Origin: Alloascoidea hylecoeti | Lineage: Eukaryota | DNA: 64,000 nucleotides | Assembly: GCA_001600815.1 (NCBI GenBank) | Contig: BCKZ01000020.1 | Coordinates: 398,831 to 462,830, forward strand | Reading direction: 5' to 3' | Shown: in pieces, positions 62,187 through 64,000 of the stretch | Position numbering within the stretch: the stretch's first letter is position 1 | Layout of the letters: every line of letters begins with the position of its first letter | Notes under the pieces: generated by a model | Database searches by the model: none | Told to the model about the DNA's origin: nothing | Seen by the model: the letters and a program-made list of their open reading frames with translations, nothing else | Program-made: the position numbers and the translations under genes

Positions 62187-64000
62187 TCATAATGTAAATT
62201 TCCTATTTAAAACATCAACTGCTTTTTTATCTTCTCCAATACCATTAGGACTTGGATTTAAAATACTTCTTGTTGATGATGTATTATTATTATGAATTGG
62301 ATTAGAATAACCATTTGAATATTCATTTGAAAATTCATTTGATTCACCACCATTTGAATCAGTTGAATTTGTTAAATTTGAAATTTTTGGTAACATTGGT
62401 TTTGAATCATTTTTATTTTTTAATGGTAAAGGTCTTAAACTAAAATTAGTATTACTTTCTAATGATGATGGTGGAGAAGTACTATTTGAATTTTGATAGG
62501 ATTGTACTTGAGATTGTGATTGAAGTGGAATTGTAGCATCAATTAAATTTGAAATATTTGAAGTCGATGAAGCATGTCCTTGTTTTGGAGACTCAGTGTG
62601 AAAATTATCTGATCTCCACTTACTATCACTAGGATTTTCATTATTACTTGTATCAGGGTTTGAAAGGGTATTTAAGTTCATAGTATTATTACTACCGTTG
62701 TTGTTATTGACTAATGGAGAATGACGTTCAGAAGAGATAATATTAGCAATATCAGTCGTTCTTGATTGATTATACCTATTTAACGGTGGTAATGTTGTAG
62801 ATATTAACATTGTGGGGGATATGTTATTACTATGGCTGTGATTATGACTATGATTAGGGAGGGAATTGGGAGGACCACGATTTATGTTTTCATTTGAGGT
62901 TGGTTGTTGGATATTTGAGGATGGAACTGTAGATACAGGAGGATAAGCGGGTGGTAAGTTTAATGGAATTGGTCCTGTGGAACCATTAATGACATTATTT
63001 TGATTTGGTGGTGAATTTTGTTGTTGAACTTGAGCATGAGTTAGAATCTGTTGCTGCTGTTGTCGCTGTTGAGATTGTAGCTGTATCTGTTGCTGTCGTT
63101 GTTGTTGTTGTTGTTGTTGTTGTTGTTGATTATGTTGGTTCTGGAGTTGTTGCTGATATTGTTGTTGATACTGTTGCTGATACTGTTGTTGCTGTTCTTG
63201 TTGATCTTGAATGCTTAATGGAATATACTGTTGATGCTGTGACATTCCTATTTGAGGTGGACCCATTTGAGATGCAAGTTGAGTTTGTGATACAGGAATA
63301 ACAACAGTTTGAGACCCCCCTGGAGCTGGATATACTGACATAAATTGTTGATATTGTGGAATCATCGCCTGTTGCTGTTGCTGTTGTTGTTGTTGTTGTA
63401 GTTGCTGTTGCTGTTGCTGTAATTGTTGTTGATGCTGCTGCTGCTGTTGCTGCTGCTGTTGCTGTTTCTGTGATAAAGCATACATTTGTGTTTGTGGAGG
63501 TTGTTGACGTATCCATTGATCATACATTGAAGATTGGACGACTAATTGAGGAAAAGAAGGTTGCATTGTTTCGCCGTATGTTATAATTGGTACTTGATTT
63601 GGAATAGCATTTAAATGGGGATTTGGTGCATTAGGATGTGCTTGTATAGCAACCGGTAAACGAGCCATATTTGCAGCTTGTAATTGTTGATCTGAATAAT
63701 TTTCAGGTAAAACAGAAGATTCAGGATACATTCCTTTTGGTATGATTATATTCGTTAATTGTGGATCTCTTGAAGGACTTAATAAGAAATTTTGAGCAAC
63801 ATGAGTTCTTGAAAAATATGCTATTAAATGTAATTTTAAACCAGAAGTGGTTGTTATTGAAAAAGATTGTTTTATAAGACCATTTGATTTATAGCGATAG
63901 CCTTCATTTCCAGGAGAATCAGAAACGACTGGTATTAAAGTGCCACCTGGACCAAGGTTCGATGAAGAATTTGAATCAGCTCTTGAAGAGTTTAAAGGGG
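62187..64000 (-). CDS. Gti1/Pac2 (WOPR) family transcription factor, Pac2 type, with poly-Gln region; 5' end outside the window
   Basis: Frame is open to the window edge upstream of the track ORF: GYRYKSNGLIKQSFSITTTSGLKLHLIAYFSR..PSRDPQL..PKGMYPES (WOPRb box). Confidence 0.88.
   Translation of the reverse strand, partial: PLNSSRADSNSSSNLGPGGTLIPVVSDSPGNEGYRYKSNGLIKQSFSITTTSGLKLHLIAYFSRTHVAQNFLLSPSRDPQLTNIIIPKGMYPESSVLPENYSDQQLQAANMARLPVAIQAHPNAPNPHLNAIPNQVPIITYGETMQPSFPQLVVQSSMYDQWIRQQPPQTQMYALSQKQQQQQQQQQQHQQQLQQQQQQLQQQQQQQQQQAMIPQYQQFMSVYPAPGGSQTVVIPVSQTQLASQMGPPQIGMSQHQQYIPLSIQDQQEQQQQYQQQYQQQYQQQLQNQHNQQQQQQQQQQRQQQIQLQSQQRQQQQQILTHAQVQQQNSPPNQNNVINGSTGPIPLNLPPAYPPVSTVPSSNIQQPTSNENINRGPPNSLPNHSHNHSHSNNISPTMLISTTLPPLNRYNQSRTTDIANIISSERHSPLVNNNNGSNNTMNLNTLSNPDTSNNENPSDSKWRSDNFHTESPKQGHASSTSNISNLIDATIPLQSQSQVQSYQNSNSTSPPSSLESNTNFSLRPLPLKNKNDSKPMLPKISNLTNSTDSNGGESNEFSNEYSNGYSNPIHNNNTSSTRSILNPSPNGIGEDKKAVDVLNRKFTL

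Overview
AT-rich nuclear DNA of an intron-containing budding yeast. GTAAGT/GTATGT...CTAAC...YAG introns and retention of SET9 and a queuosine-salvage gene suggest an early-diverging Saccharomycotina lineage (inference). The window holds about 22 protein genes: COG1 (partial), TRM732, a NIPA Mg transporter, eIF1A, PRP39, an Ariadne RBR ligase, a GAL102/RmlB-like dehydratase, SVF1, RCF3, SET9, OCH1, NPR3, a Ser-rich wall protein, a CBM1-zinc peptidase, a LAM5/6-like protein, PEX3, LRP1, APL4, QNG1, two TatD/Scn1 paralogues, TPS3/TSL1 and a partial Pac2-type WOPR factor. It also has tRNA-Thr(UGU), two pseudogenes, a five-copy dispersed repeat with a hairpin core, a MITE-like element and several transposon relics. 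Many genes are spliced, so the ORF track truncates or misses them. The most unusual items are the secreted cellulose-binding metzincin-like peptidase, the hairpin-cored repeat beside duplicated genes, and a 9-nt microexon next to a rod-folding intron in eIF1A. All calls come from manual reading and remembered family motifs; no searches were run.
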